Shown here one piece after another: positions 27,708 through 37,177 of a DNA stretch of 64,000 bases. The stretch is from Euryarchaeota archaeon UBA462 (GTDB lineage: Archaea > Thermoplasmatota > Poseidoniia > Poseidoniales > Thalassarchaeaceae), in NCBI GenBank assembly GCA_002506755.1, contig DAYD01000001.1, positions 8,768 through 72,767 of the forward strand, in the 5' to 3' direction. The notes beneath the pieces were generated by a model, which worked only from the letters and a program-made list of their open reading frames with translations, was not told the origin of the DNA and searched no databases. The translations under genes were made by a program, and so were the position numbers. Each line of letters starts with the position of its first letter. Position 1 is the stretch's first letter.

Positions 27708-28961
27708 CTAGCTTCTTCGTCTTCTCTTACTTTTGCTTCGGCCACCTGGGGAGGACTCCTCGACGGAAATTTTTCTCCCCTTAAATTCTGATCTGTTCAG
27801 CGCTTTGATGGCTTTTTCTGCATCCTTCTTTTTTGAGAACGTGACGAAACCAAACCCTCTTGGCTTCTTAGTCTCCTTGTCGATTGCCATGTGAACGTCT
27901 TTTATGTCACCATGAGCGGAGAAAGCCTGCTTAATTTCTTCCTCTGTTGCATCATAAGAAATTCCTCCCACGAAAAGTTTGGTGCCCATCTCCTTCTGGG
28001 CCTTTGTTCTAGCCTCCTTGATTACTTCCCTCTCCTTTGCCAGATCTTCCTTGCTGGCCTTTCCAGATTCTACTTTAACCATGCAATCTCGACATCTTAT
28101 CGGCTTACCAGGAGTGGGTTTGAACGGGACCTTTGTTTGGTCCCCGCATAGTGTGCACTTCGCTGAGAACATCTCCCTGTTAGGCCTACCACCACTTCTG
28201 ACCTGAGGGGATCTCCTAGCTGAAGAGGGAATCTCATGTGACCAACCCCTCCTATGGTCAGCAATTGGGGACAGGTAAGGCCTTGCACCATCATGACCAA
28301 GAAATGGTTCGGCCTCCTCGGACCATCTCTGTCCGGGCCGATTTAGCTTATTCAAGTCAGAGTTTTTTGGAATATGGAAACCGTGGCCAAAGCCATTCGA
28401 CAAAGCTCTAAAACCCCTGTAATCGCATCTTGGGCATTTTACGTTGAAGTCTGGTTTGTCGTCACTTGCCTTTAGGTCAATTCCGCAAGCGGGGCAAAGC
28501 GCGTGAACAACACCGAGATCCGAGTGTCCCTTTGTCGATGCCTTCAACATTGGTTCTGTGTTGGTAATCTTGGCCCTTAATATGTCTCGCTTTCTCATTG
28601 CATCGCCGGCAGATGGTATGAAACGATCAACAATCTCAGAGACGTAGATATCGGCGAACAACTTCAACGCTGGAACGGACCGGTGACCTTCCTCATTAGT
28701 CTCAATATGGAGAATTCTTATCTCTGCGGTTTTTTCGTTTAGTCTGTTCACTTCTCCGATTACAACGTCTCCTAGCTTAGGAGTGTTGATAGGGGGAGAA
28801 AATGAATTAACAGATACCACTCCGGAATCGTTGACTAAGAGGCCCGAAATTATTGCAATATTCGCATTATCTGAAATATAAATTCCATTTCCTGCTTCCT
28901 CGCTGGGCCCTATTTCAACATGGGTTCCGGGCGTAACAAGGTCCCCAACCGATGCCGTCAT
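27708..28961 (-). CDS. csl4: Exosome subunit Csl4 fused to a CxxC-x17-CxxC domain and an RRM
   Basis: LVTPG NTD, PKLGDVVIGEV S1 domain, DILRAKI, LGVVHALCPACG...CPRC Zn ribbon; then CTLCG..KVPFKP..GKPIRCRDC; then LFVGGI (RNP2) and RGFGFVTF (RNP1). Confidence 0.85.
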   Translation of the reverse strand: MTASVGDLVTPGTHVEIGPSEEAGNGIYISDNANIAIISGLLVNDSGVVSVNSFSPPINTPKLGDVVIGEVNRLNEKTAEIRILHIETNEEGHRSVPALKLFADIYVSEIVDRFIPSAGDAMRKRDILRAKITNTEPMLKASTKGHSDLGVVHALCPACGIDLKASDDKPDFNVKCPRCDYRGFRALSNGFGHGFHIPKNSDLNKLNRPGQRWSEEAEPFLGHDGARPYLSPIADHRRGWSHEIPSSARRSPQVRSGGRPNREMFSAKCTLCGDQTKVPFKPTPGKPIRCRDCMVKVESGKASKEDLAKEREVIKEARTKAQKEMGTKLFVGGISYDATEEEIKQAFSAHGDIKDVHMAIDKETKKPRGFGFVTFSKKKDAEKAIKALNRSEFKGRKISVEESSPGGRSKSKRRRRS

Positions 28962-29004
28962 CGGCCCGCCGACCGAAAGACCCCCTATGAACGGTCCGGC
29001 AATT

Positions 29005-29628
29005 CTAGCATATCTTCGGAGGGGTGAGTCGCCAAAATACGGCTTTCGTCACCCCTCTTCTTCTTTTGTGATGGGAAAATGAACCCGGTAAGGCAAATTC
29101 GCTTTCGCCGTATCTTTCCGCTCCCCATCCCATTTTGATGAAGAATTTGCCAACATGGGTTGCTTCCGCACTATGCATCATATGGGCGTTTGAACCAATG
29201 GAAATTATTGATTCCAAGAAAGGCCTATCTGCCCACATTTTTTGTCTCCCCCATGGAGGGTTTGTAATTACTAAATCAAAATCCTGTGAGCTCATTTCAT
29301 CCAAACCAACGATTGATTTTGAAACCTTCACTTTATTTTCTAAACCCAACATCTGCACATTCTTTTCACATACTGAACATGACTCGGAATCCATTTCAAA
29401 GAGGTGGGATGATTCAGCCCCAGCAAGAACAGCACCGATTCCTAGAATCCCATTTCCGGAGCCTAAGTCGGCAACCTTGCATCCATCGAAAATATCTCCG
29501 AAGGCCAATATGTCGCTTATCCATCTTGCTGCTAATTCTCCCTCGGTTTGGTATTGCTCCAATTCCAACTTGCGTACATCAATAGCTTTGAGGTTTGACA
29601 GTTTGATCGCCAAGGATCTAAGACGCAT
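29005..29628 (-). CDS. METTL5/COG2263-like N6-adenine methyltransferase
   Basis: LELEQYQT, DLGSGNGILGIG, NPPW; usual neighbour of csl4. Confidence 0.85.
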   Translation of the reverse strand: MRLRSLAIKLSNLKAIDVRKLELEQYQTEGELAARWISDILAFGDIFDGCKVADLGSGNGILGIGAVLAGAESSHLFEMDSESCSVCEKNVQMLGLENKVKVSKSIVGLDEMSSQDFDLVITNPPWGRQKMWADRPFLESIISIGSNAHMMHSAEATHVGKFFIKMGWGAERYGESEFALPGSFSHHKRRRGVTKAVFWRLTPPKIC

Positions 29629-29717
29629 AGTTCGGGATGGGAGGGTCACCATTGAATTAATCCATAGTTTTATTTCTTTGTGATAGTTAAAATACCCTCA
29701 ATTATCATCTTACCACA

Positions 29718-31001
29718 GTGGAAATACTCGGGCTAGCTTACATTTTACTCGGACTATTGGTAGGAACTGCAATAGGGTGGTTGGTGTCTAGGATAAATTC
29801 AGATTCAACCTCGGACGAAGTGGGGGGGGAGCTAATTAGAGTCAAAGCTACTCTTGAGGCTAGAGACGAGGCTTTTGACATTAGTACGAAGCATATGCTC
29901 GATGCATACAAGCTGGCGGCTGGGGAAGCATTCACCTCGGCGATTGAGGTGGCAGAAAAAGAAAAGGAGTCGTCATTCAAAATGGCAACAGAGGACCTGT
30001 CGAAAAGTATCGGAGAATATCAGAAAGCTTTGGTTGATGTAGAGAGGGGCAATAGCGACATGAATATTGCATTAAGGGAGAGGCTTGATTCCATAGTTGA
30101 CGCAGGAATAAGGATCTCAGATGATGCCAATAATCTGACAAAGGCTCTGAAGGGCGATAATCAAGTCCAAGGAGCCTGGGGAGAAATTGTCCTTGAGAAC
30201 ACACTTCAAAAAATGGGGTTTACTGAGAATAGGGACTATATTAAACAACATTCTGAAACATCGGATGATGGATCCAGAAGAATAGCAGATTTTATCATTA
30301 ATCTACCCAATAATAGGCATATTGTTTTAGATTCCAAGGTATCTCTTAAGGCGTATACTGATTTCATTGAGGCAGAAGATGATCATGAAAGAAATGACGC
30401 CATGAAAAGACATTGTGATTCAATCAAATCTCATGCCAAGAGGCTCTCCTCGAAGAAATATCACCACATGGAAAACATCCGATCCTTGGAAATAGTATTG
30501 ATGATACCCCCTATAGATAGCGCCTACTATGACGCAGTTAGGTCTAATCCTAACCTATTCTCCGAATTAGGCCACATTGAAGGCGTTAGGGTAATACCTA
30601 GTGGGGCCTTAGATATCGTATTGCTATTAGTTAAGGAGATGTGGCAAAAAGAGAATCAATCAAAAAATCAAATGGAACTTATTGATAGAGCCGGCAAACT
30701 TCATGATAAAATAGTACTATTCTTGGAGTCTTTCACTAGTGTAGGTTTTGAGATTCGCCAAGCAGCTGAAGCTTACGAAATGGCCGAGAACCGATTAATT
30801 GATGGTTCTGGAAGCGTAATTAAGCAAACTGAGAGACTGAAGGAATTAGGTGCCAAGACCAAGAAAGACATTAGAGAAAAGAGCGGGATAAGGAAACTCT
30901 TGGAGAGATCCGAAGAGGAGGAGTCATTTCCGAGAAGCCAGTCCGAAGATCATGATCAATTGGGCCGAGCTTCATTTCGAGCAAGTAGTCAAGATGCCTG
31001 A
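29718..31001 (+). CDS. rmuC: DNA recombination protein RmuC
   Basis: N-terminal TM, coiled coil, ALKGDNQVQGAWGE, ADFIINLP, LDSKVSL, LSSKKY. Confidence 0.9.
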   Translation: MEILGLAYILLGLLVGTAIGWLVSRINSDSTSDEVGGELIRVKATLEARDEAFDISTKHMLDAYKLAAGEAFTSAIEVAEKEKESSFKMATEDLSKSIGEYQKALVDVERGNSDMNIALRERLDSIVDAGIRISDDANNLTKALKGDNQVQGAWGEIVLENTLQKMGFTENRDYIKQHSETSDDGSRRIADFIINLPNNRHIVLDSKVSLKAYTDFIEAEDDHERNDAMKRHCDSIKSHAKRLSSKKYHHMENIRSLEIVLMIPPIDSAYYDAVRSNPNLFSELGHIEGVRVIPSGALDIVLLLVKEMWQKENQSKNQMELIDRAGKLHDKIVLFLESFTSVGFEIRQAAEAYEMAENRLIDGSGSVIKQTERLKELGAKTKKDIREKSGIRKLLERSEEEESFPRSQSEDHDQLGRASFRASSQDA

Positions 31002-31533
31002 AGAATACGACGTCCTGGACTTATCGGAAGGAGAATGGGAGTCTTCGAAGAATGATTTTGCAGTGGGCAAGTACGACGAACTTCGACCCGGGATGTACAA
31101 TGCCGATATATTCGAAGGCAAGAGACTTCTACATGTTGGGATAGATATCGGAGGTCCTGTTGGGACTAAATGCATGGCTTTTATGGATGGTGAAATATCC
31201 CATCTAGGATATAATCCAGAACCGGGAGATTATGGAAATGTCGTGATTACTAAACATAGCATTGGTGAATCGAATTTATGGGCACTTTATGGGCATCTGG
31301 ACTCCAAGTCATTAGAGGGAAAGTTTGCTGGTAAGAAAATCTCAGCAGGGGAAGTTATTGGTTGGTTTGGGGATTCAACAGAGAATGGTGGCTGGGAACC
31401 ACATCTACACTTCCAATTATCCCTAGTTGAGCCAGCAACACACGATTTACCAGGGGTCGTAGCACCCGAGGATAGGGAGCAGTCATTAAAGAAATACCCA
31501 GATCCGAGACTCGTGCTTGGACCCATTTACTAA
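30994..31533 (+). CDS. M23-family metallopeptidase-like protein (no signal peptide)
   Basis: HVGID (HxxxD), YGN, LYGHL, ENGGWEPHLHFQ (HxH). Confidence 0.85.
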   Translation: MPEEYDVLDLSEGEWESSKNDFAVGKYDELRPGMYNADIFEGKRLLHVGIDIGGPVGTKCMAFMDGEISHLGYNPEPGDYGNVVITKHSIGESNLWALYGHLDSKSLEGKFAGKKISAGEVIGWFGDSTENGGWEPHLHFQLSLVEPATHDLPGVVAPEDREQSLKKYPDPRLVLGPIY

Positions 31534-32573
31534 ATTCTGGACAGGTGTGACTTCAAAGAAACTATTGCTGGCATTTCTGTAGGATCCTTTTCCATAAGAA
31601 CTGCAAGTCCTATAGAGACCCAGTCCGTAATGTGGGCAGCATAGAGAAGCCTCTCTAGGAGACTTTTGCCCTCACATTCTATGATCCATGTTGGATTAGC
31701 ACCCACATTTTCTAAGACCCAATCAATCCTTGCTCTATTTCTAGGATGTATGTCATCACACGAGAAGACCAACATTGCTCTACCTTTGGATGAATCACTT
31801 GTCCATGCCACTATCTCATTGTGATTCATTTCCGGTATCTCAGTTGATCGTGCAAATTTGGCTGAGTTCTCATTTAATTGACAACAAAAGCGGTATGCAG
31901 CGGGCCCTAAGCAAGTTGGAGAAACTATTCCTAATTCCCTCCCTAGTAAAGATCTTGAGAGGCTAGCAGGCATTCCAGAATTATGTGATAGATCAGCGTC
32001 ATGTGAGTATTTTGAAAGCCTATCGAGCATCTGAGAGATCTCTTCAGAATCGGGCCTCTTTAGGATTCCTAGTGCCCAGCAGGCAGATAGTTGAGTACCC
32101 AAGATGTGCCCAAATGCTGACCGGGGCATTTGCCCCGATGGGACATTCAAGCAAATTGAGCCCACTTCCTCTGAGAGAAGTTTCTGCATTTCGCCTCCGG
32201 AGCAAATTCCAACCACAGACCCTCCTAGAGAAAGCACCTCCCTTACACCATCTATCGTTTCCTCCGTGTCTCCTGAGTAAGAAGTTGCAATTACTAACCA
32301 GTCTGGCCCCCACCAGCTCGGAACTCCGTAATCTGTCCAAACCACAAATGGTAAGCCGCCGTAGTCATCTGCAAGCGACTTCAAGAAGAGGCCACCTGCT
32401 CCTGAACCCCCCATACCGAGGCAAAGAACTCCACTCCAATCACGGTCCTGTTCTACTTCTACCACGATATTCATCGAGGTTCTAAGGTCCTCGACAAAAT
32501 TTCTGGTGAAAGCTGACATGCCACTCTTATCAAATTTTGAGATAAGGTCACTAAAATCGGGATCGCTCAGCAT
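31530..32573 (-). CDS. Bifunctional phosphoglucose/phosphomannose isomerase (SIS)
   Basis: GMGGSG, SYSGDTEET, PRSA, QLNENS, PEMNHNEI. Confidence 0.9.
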   Translation of the reverse strand: MLSDPDFSDLISKFDKSGMSAFTRNFVEDLRTSMNIVVEVEQDRDWSGVLCLGMGGSGAGGLFLKSLADDYGGLPFVVWTDYGVPSWWGPDWLVIATSYSGDTEETIDGVREVLSLGGSVVGICSGGEMQKLLSEEVGSICLNVPSGQMPRSAFGHILGTQLSACWALGILKRPDSEEISQMLDRLSKYSHDADLSHNSGMPASLSRSLLGRELGIVSPTCLGPAAYRFCCQLNENSAKFARSTEIPEMNHNEIVAWTSDSSKGRAMLVFSCDDIHPRNRARIDWVLENVGANPTWIIECEGKSLLERLLYAAHITDWVSIGLAVLMEKDPTEMPAIVSLKSHLSRI

Positions 32574-32575
32574 AA

Positions 32576-33625
32576 TCACCTCATGTCCGAGACAGGCAAT
32601 GCTAGCCATTCACCATCTATGAAGCCGATGCGTAATTCATCAACCAAACCATCATCATCGTATGGAAGAGCGACTGTCGTGACTTTGAAGTCAGATGGGT
32701 CCATGATTTCGGCTGCAGAGCTATCTCTATTGAGAATCTGAACCATACTCTGTTCGGATTTGGAGCAAATCACGTTGGATGATTCCATGTCCCTCCATGT
32801 GGCTCCAGTCCTTTCGAATCTGGCAATTTTCCTCAATATTGGGCCCTCCTTCTGCCAGCTGTCCACAATCCAAAGTGCCTTCTTATGCCTGATCACATCT
32901 CCGATAGAATAGGCAGGTTTTCTGTAGCTAAGTGTTAGCCTAGTAACTTCTACTCCATCATTTACCCCTACTACCTTGGAGCTTTCCTTCACCGTACCGC
33001 CGAATGATTTTGCGAGCTTTCTGCCCCATGTTCTTGCCAGACTCTTGGAACCTAATTGCAAATCCCAACCCCCTTGTACTGGCCCTTCTTTGGAAATAAA
33101 GAACATTGGATTTGGCTCCATAGAGTTGATTATCTCATCCAAGGTCTCCCTTATTCTGGATAGCTCCGCCTCATTCAATTTCCTTCCAGCAGATCGAAGT
33201 TGGACTGTGGCTTCAAAATAGTCCCCGTCCTTTCTGGTGCATGGAGTGCATACTGCGTTACTAGTCTGTAATAACGGGGAATGATGGTTCTCAAAGGTAT
33301 GCCCCTCAATTGATCCCGAAACCTCGACGTGTAGCCTGCTGGTCCTGTCGTCTATCGGCTGGACAGAAAATGAGATTTGTAAATCGGAAGCCCTTTCTTC
33401 TAAAACTAGATTCTCTCTGATTCTTAAATCTGCAATTCCATCAGAGTCCATGTTTGACCATCCCCCTCTGATTTCCATGAATCCACATTTTGCGCATCTT
33501 CTCTGTTGAATGGTTTCGGGCATATTCGATAGCACGGTTCTCTTCCTGAAGCACAATTCACATAGTCGGTCCGTTGTAAGTGGGGGTTCTGAACCACAAA
33601 TAATACAAAATGCCCCTCCAGACAT
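32576..33625 (-). CDS. nmd3: NMD3 family ribosome maturation protein
   Basis: FCIICG..LCELC, CAKCG, CTPC...YFEATVQLR, C-terminal OB-like region. Confidence 0.9.
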   Translation of the reverse strand: MSGGAFCIICGSEPPLTTDRLCELCFRKRTVLSNMPETIQQRRCAKCGFMEIRGGWSNMDSDGIADLRIRENLVLEERASDLQISFSVQPIDDRTSRLHVEVSGSIEGHTFENHHSPLLQTSNAVCTPCTRKDGDYFEATVQLRSAGRKLNEAELSRIRETLDEIINSMEPNPMFFISKEGPVQGGWDLQLGSKSLARTWGRKLAKSFGGTVKESSKVVGVNDGVEVTRLTLSYRKPAYSIGDVIRHKKALWIVDSWQKEGPILRKIARFERTGATWRDMESSNVICSKSEQSMVQILNRDSSAAEIMDPSDFKVTTVALPYDDDGLVDELRIGFIDGEWLALPVSDMR

Positions 33626-33691
33626 ATATCTCACCAATGACTCGCTAGAGCGATTCGTTAGAAGGGTTCCGAGGGATTCGACAAATTGATA

Positions 33692-33823
33692 CTATACTTC
33701 GTCGGTTTCATCTTTATTTTTTGATCTGAGCTCTAATAGAAGATGCAACCTATTGTAAATGTAAACCCCCAAGATAAGGGATAAAGAGACGTAAACTATG
33801 ATCGCCTCAGTCTCTCCAGTCAT
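33692..33823 (-). CDS. CcmD-like small single-TM protein
   Basis: Manual translation MTGETEAIIVYVSLSLILGVYIYNRLHLLLELRSKNKDETDEV; ATGA overlap with the ccmC stop; TM plus charged tail. Confidence 0.65.
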   Translation of the reverse strand: MTGETEAIIVYVSLSLILGVYIYNRLHLLLELRSKNKDETDEV

Positions 33824-34533
33824 TGCATTGACTCCTCATCGATTTTACTTTCCTTATCCGAAATTTGCTTCCTTAGCGAATGTAATTCATAATTTAGAGA
33901 GACCAATCCAGCAAATAGTACCATTAATGAAATAGCCCCTAAAAATAAGACTAGCCTGATTTCTGAATCCATCCCCGTTTCTTCGGTCTCGATAATAATG
34001 ACTCCCGGGTGTCGATTTCTCCAAATTGTAGTCGCCATCGCGGTTATGGGCACCAATATGAAACCAAATAGGCCAATAGCAGCCAATGTGTCCCTAGTCT
34101 CCTCTCCATCAGGCTGGCTCCTCATGGACATCACCAGAAATAGCGCCACTGCTGTCAAAAGTGCATATGTGTTTAGCCTCACATCCCCCCAATCCCATGG
34201 GACCCCCCACTCTGCTGCCCCCCAAATAGGTCCAGATATTACCACACCAAGGCCAAAAAGGAGTCCCATTTCAGACCCTATTGTCACCATAACCCAACCA
34301 AAATCTGATCTTTTTGCATACCAAAAAATGGAGCCTAGGAATAGAATTGCGAAAGCAAGAAATGAGACCCATGCAAAGGGGACATGCCAGTAGATTATTC
34401 TGTACGCTTCAGGAGCATTCCACGAATTCGAGTCCACCGCTGGAGCCCAGAAAAACCCCAGAATTGCGGTGACTATTGTGCCGATTATTCCGACTGTAAT
34501 TAGCGGGACTACCGCGTGACTTACATCTCTCAC
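33820..34533 (-). CDS. ccmC: Heme exporter / cytochrome c biogenesis protein CcmC
   Basis: YRIIYWHVP, GPIWGAAEWGVPWDWGDVRL (WWD domain), RHP heme-ligand His. Confidence 0.9.
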   Translation of the reverse strand: MRDVSHAVVPLITVGIIGTIVTAILGFFWAPAVDSNSWNAPEAYRIIYWHVPFAWVSFLAFAILFLGSIFWYAKRSDFGWVMVTIGSEMGLLFGLGVVISGPIWGAAEWGVPWDWGDVRLNTYALLTAVALFLVMSMRSQPDGEETRDTLAAIGLFGFILVPITAMATTIWRNRHPGVIIIETEETGMDSEIRLVLFLGAISLMVLFAGLVSLNYELHSLRKQISDKESKIDEESMQ

Positions 34534-34571
34534 GGAACCCCGATTCTACAACCAGTGATGAATGCTATTCT

Positions 34572-35981
34572 TCAATATTCAGGGATAATAACTGCTGTGA
34601 GCCAAACTAAAGCAGATATTAGGCTGGCAATTAGGCAAGTTGGTATGGGATCATCAATTGACATACCGAAAGTCATACCATTATCGATAATGAAAGAAAG
34701 TGCTTCTGTTAGCTCCAGAAATGGCCAAACAAGTACTACCAATAGCAAGGATGCAGGGGCGGCACTAGACCTAGAAAGATCGGCCACCATAATGTGCAGA
34801 GCGGTGGAAGCTATAGCCAAATCCAATAAAGCGAGAGATGGCACCCAAAGCCACTTCAAAACTTCCATTGATGTTTCTGAGTCAATAGCGGTTGACATTA
34901 TCATCCAAGAGACATATGATACGGGAATTGGGAGAAAAATCGAAGCTGCAGTAATGGAATATGCAGGTCTGGCCATGGGTCCAACAATTGCATTCCACCA
35001 TAGGCCCGAGTCCGACTCTTCGAGCCTTGATACAATTGCAGGAGATGATACTGAAACAATGAAACCAGGTGCCAAAACAAGTGCAGCAAGCAAATTACTA
35101 TCATGAGATTCCAAATCAATGTTGCCCACCAAGGCATACGAAAGGAGAATAGCCACAATTGCTGGTGTTGCCCTTCCAACCGAATCTACTGGATTTCTAA
35201 TCTCGGTTTTAAATGACCACCTCACGAGAGAAGCGACTGGATTTCTTCTAGATGTAGAGCCACTTGAGGGGATATCGATGGGATCTCCATTGGAGGTTCC
35301 TGTGGAAGTCTGTAATGAGTTTTTAGCGATCGTAATTATTCTGTCTGCGCAAGATGAAATTTCTTGGTCGTGTGTGGCGATCAAGATTCCATGCCCCCTG
35401 CCAGATAAAGCCTTGATCCAACCTTTGAGAATCTTGGTTGAAGATTCGTCTAATCCCTCCGATGGCTCGTCTAGAAGCACCAATCTTGGGATTTCACTCA
35501 TTACTGCTGGTGCTAATCCACATAGAATAGCTAGCCTTCTCGCTAAACCTCCCGAGAGGTTAGAGATTCTCTCACTTGATCTGTGACCTATTCCCCAGCA
35601 ATTTAATAATTCAGAGATCCTTTGATTTTCGATAGCAATTCCAGATACAGATAGTGCCACAGAAAGTCTCTCCGAAACCGTTTCATCCCCACAGATTGCG
35701 TTGTTCTGTAATGTTAGTCCCATGGGGGGTGGAGGGTTCCTCCTACCCTCGGAGTCCCTAACAACGATTTTCTCAGATCCATGAGTCCACTCAACTTTTC
35801 CTTCCCTTAGCGGGATAATCCCCGCAAAGGATTCTATCAGAGTTGACTTACCAGAGCCGTTCTCGCCTATTACGGCGACTATTTCACCTTGGCTCACAGA
35901 TGCAGAGGCCCTTTCCAAAACATTGTTTACTCCCCGCTGGACACTTATGTCGCTAACCTGTGCAAGAATTGACTGGGCCAT
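34572..35981 (-). CDS. ABC ATPase fused to a permease (CcmA-CcmB-like fusion)
   Basis: GENGSGKST, LSGG, LLDEP, ATHD followed by about six TM helices; immediately upstream of ccmC. Confidence 0.75.
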   Translation of the reverse strand: MAQSILAQVSDISVQRGVNNVLERASASVSQGEIVAVIGENGSGKSTLIESFAGIIPLREGKVEWTHGSEKIVVRDSEGRRNPPPPMGLTLQNNAICGDETVSERLSVALSVSGIAIENQRISELLNCWGIGHRSSERISNLSGGLARRLAILCGLAPAVMSEIPRLVLLDEPSEGLDESSTKILKGWIKALSGRGHGILIATHDQEISSCADRIITIAKNSLQTSTGTSNGDPIDIPSSGSTSRRNPVASLVRWSFKTEIRNPVDSVGRATPAIVAILLSYALVGNIDLESHDSNLLAALVLAPGFIVSVSSPAIVSRLEESDSGLWWNAIVGPMARPAYSITAASIFLPIPVSYVSWMIMSTAIDSETSMEVLKWLWVPSLALLDLAIASTALHIMVADLSRSSAAPASLLLVVLVWPFLELTEALSFIIDNGMTFGMSIDDPIPTCLIASLISALVWLTAVIIPEY

Positions 35982-36059
35982 ATTCTCCCGACCAAGTGCC
36001 CCCGTATGAGTGTTCCATATTACGAATCCCTATTATGAACTGGTGTAGGCCAAAGAATC

Positions 36060-37118
36060 ATGGCGACCATTTTGGTGAGGGACGTCGACTTCGCTTGGGG
36101 CCAGTTGGAGACGACGGACCTAGTCTGGCTTTCTTTCATTCTAATTGCGGGTTTTTGGCCGTTCATCTCTGCATTTCAGAACAAGACTAGTTTCGCTCTT
36201 GCAACGGTTCTGTCCATACTCATGGTTCATTTTATACAATTTGCCCTAAGAATATTCAATGGTGGGTTTTTCGATTTTTACCCAACGGATTTTCTGAGCC
36301 TTATTCCTTCTATATCCAGTGATCCTTTTCACCTTCATAGAATGTTTACCTCGGCTTGGCTCCACGGAGACTTTCTCCATGTCCTTGGTAATTCACTTGT
36401 TATTGGCCTAGCAGGAGTCCCCCTCGAACAGAGACTAGGGGGCAAAAGATGGCTCTCGGTTTATTTTTTGGGCTTCATAGGAGGAAACATAGCGTGGATT
36501 CTCTCACATCCGGATTCTAATGTCCCAGCGATAGGTGCAAGTGGTGCTGCGTTCGGAATTCTTGGAGCTTACATGGCTTGTTGGCCAGAGGACAGAATTG
36601 CCTTTCCAGTTTTCTTTCTTCTTTTTCGAGATATTCAGGTTTGGGTGATTGCGTTTCTTTATTTGGGGTTGGAAATATTCAGGATGTACTCAGTACAGAG
36701 TGGAACAATTGAAGGTTCAAATATCGCCCACATGGCTCACGTCGGGGGCTTTTTCCTGGCCTACATACTTGCTAGACCGATTGCCCGTGGTGCTCCTAGT
36801 CCGTTAGGAGAACCAGGGACGCCTACGATGTCATCATCACTTGCGGAGGACTTGAGAAAACAGGCAACGGCTAGGATGGGAGACCTATCCGATGATCCTT
36901 GGATGAATGAAGGAAAGCCGCTTACCGGTGCAGCAGCGAGAATTCTGGCAAGACTTAGGAAAGAAGGTGACGAATTGGAGACCCGGAGAGCCTGGCTGGA
37001 GGAGCTATCAGAGAATACTATCTGTCCTATTTGTGAAGGCGAGTTAGTGACAGTAGAAGAAAGAGGGGTATGTCGGCTTGCCTGTTCGATATCCCGAGAC
37101 CATATTAGGTGGCCATAA
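36060..37118 (+). CDS. Rhomboid intramembrane serine protease with C-terminal Cys-containing domain
   Basis: WLHGDFLHVLGN, GASG catalytic Ser, AHMAHVGG catalytic His; CPIC...CxxxxxH tail. Confidence 0.92.
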   Translation: MATILVRDVDFAWGQLETTDLVWLSFILIAGFWPFISAFQNKTSFALATVLSILMVHFIQFALRIFNGGFFDFYPTDFLSLIPSISSDPFHLHRMFTSAWLHGDFLHVLGNSLVIGLAGVPLEQRLGGKRWLSVYFLGFIGGNIAWILSHPDSNVPAIGASGAAFGILGAYMACWPEDRIAFPVFFLLFRDIQVWVIAFLYLGLEIFRMYSVQSGTIEGSNIAHMAHVGGFFLAYILARPIARGAPSPLGEPGTPTMSSSLAEDLRKQATARMGDLSDDPWMNEGKPLTGAAARILARLRKEGDELETRRAWLEELSENTICPICEGELVTVEERGVCRLACSISRDHIRWP

Positions 37119-37177
37119 CCGTATTTGCTAAGGTCAATGACAGGTTGGAGTTATACAGGTCTTGATTGTGGCTCTCT

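Noticed and set aside
28986-28991. TTCATA-like boxes ~25 nt upstream of several starts (e.g. csl4)
   Set aside because: Consistent with ordinary degenerate archaeal TATA boxes of leaderless genes; too short to support individually
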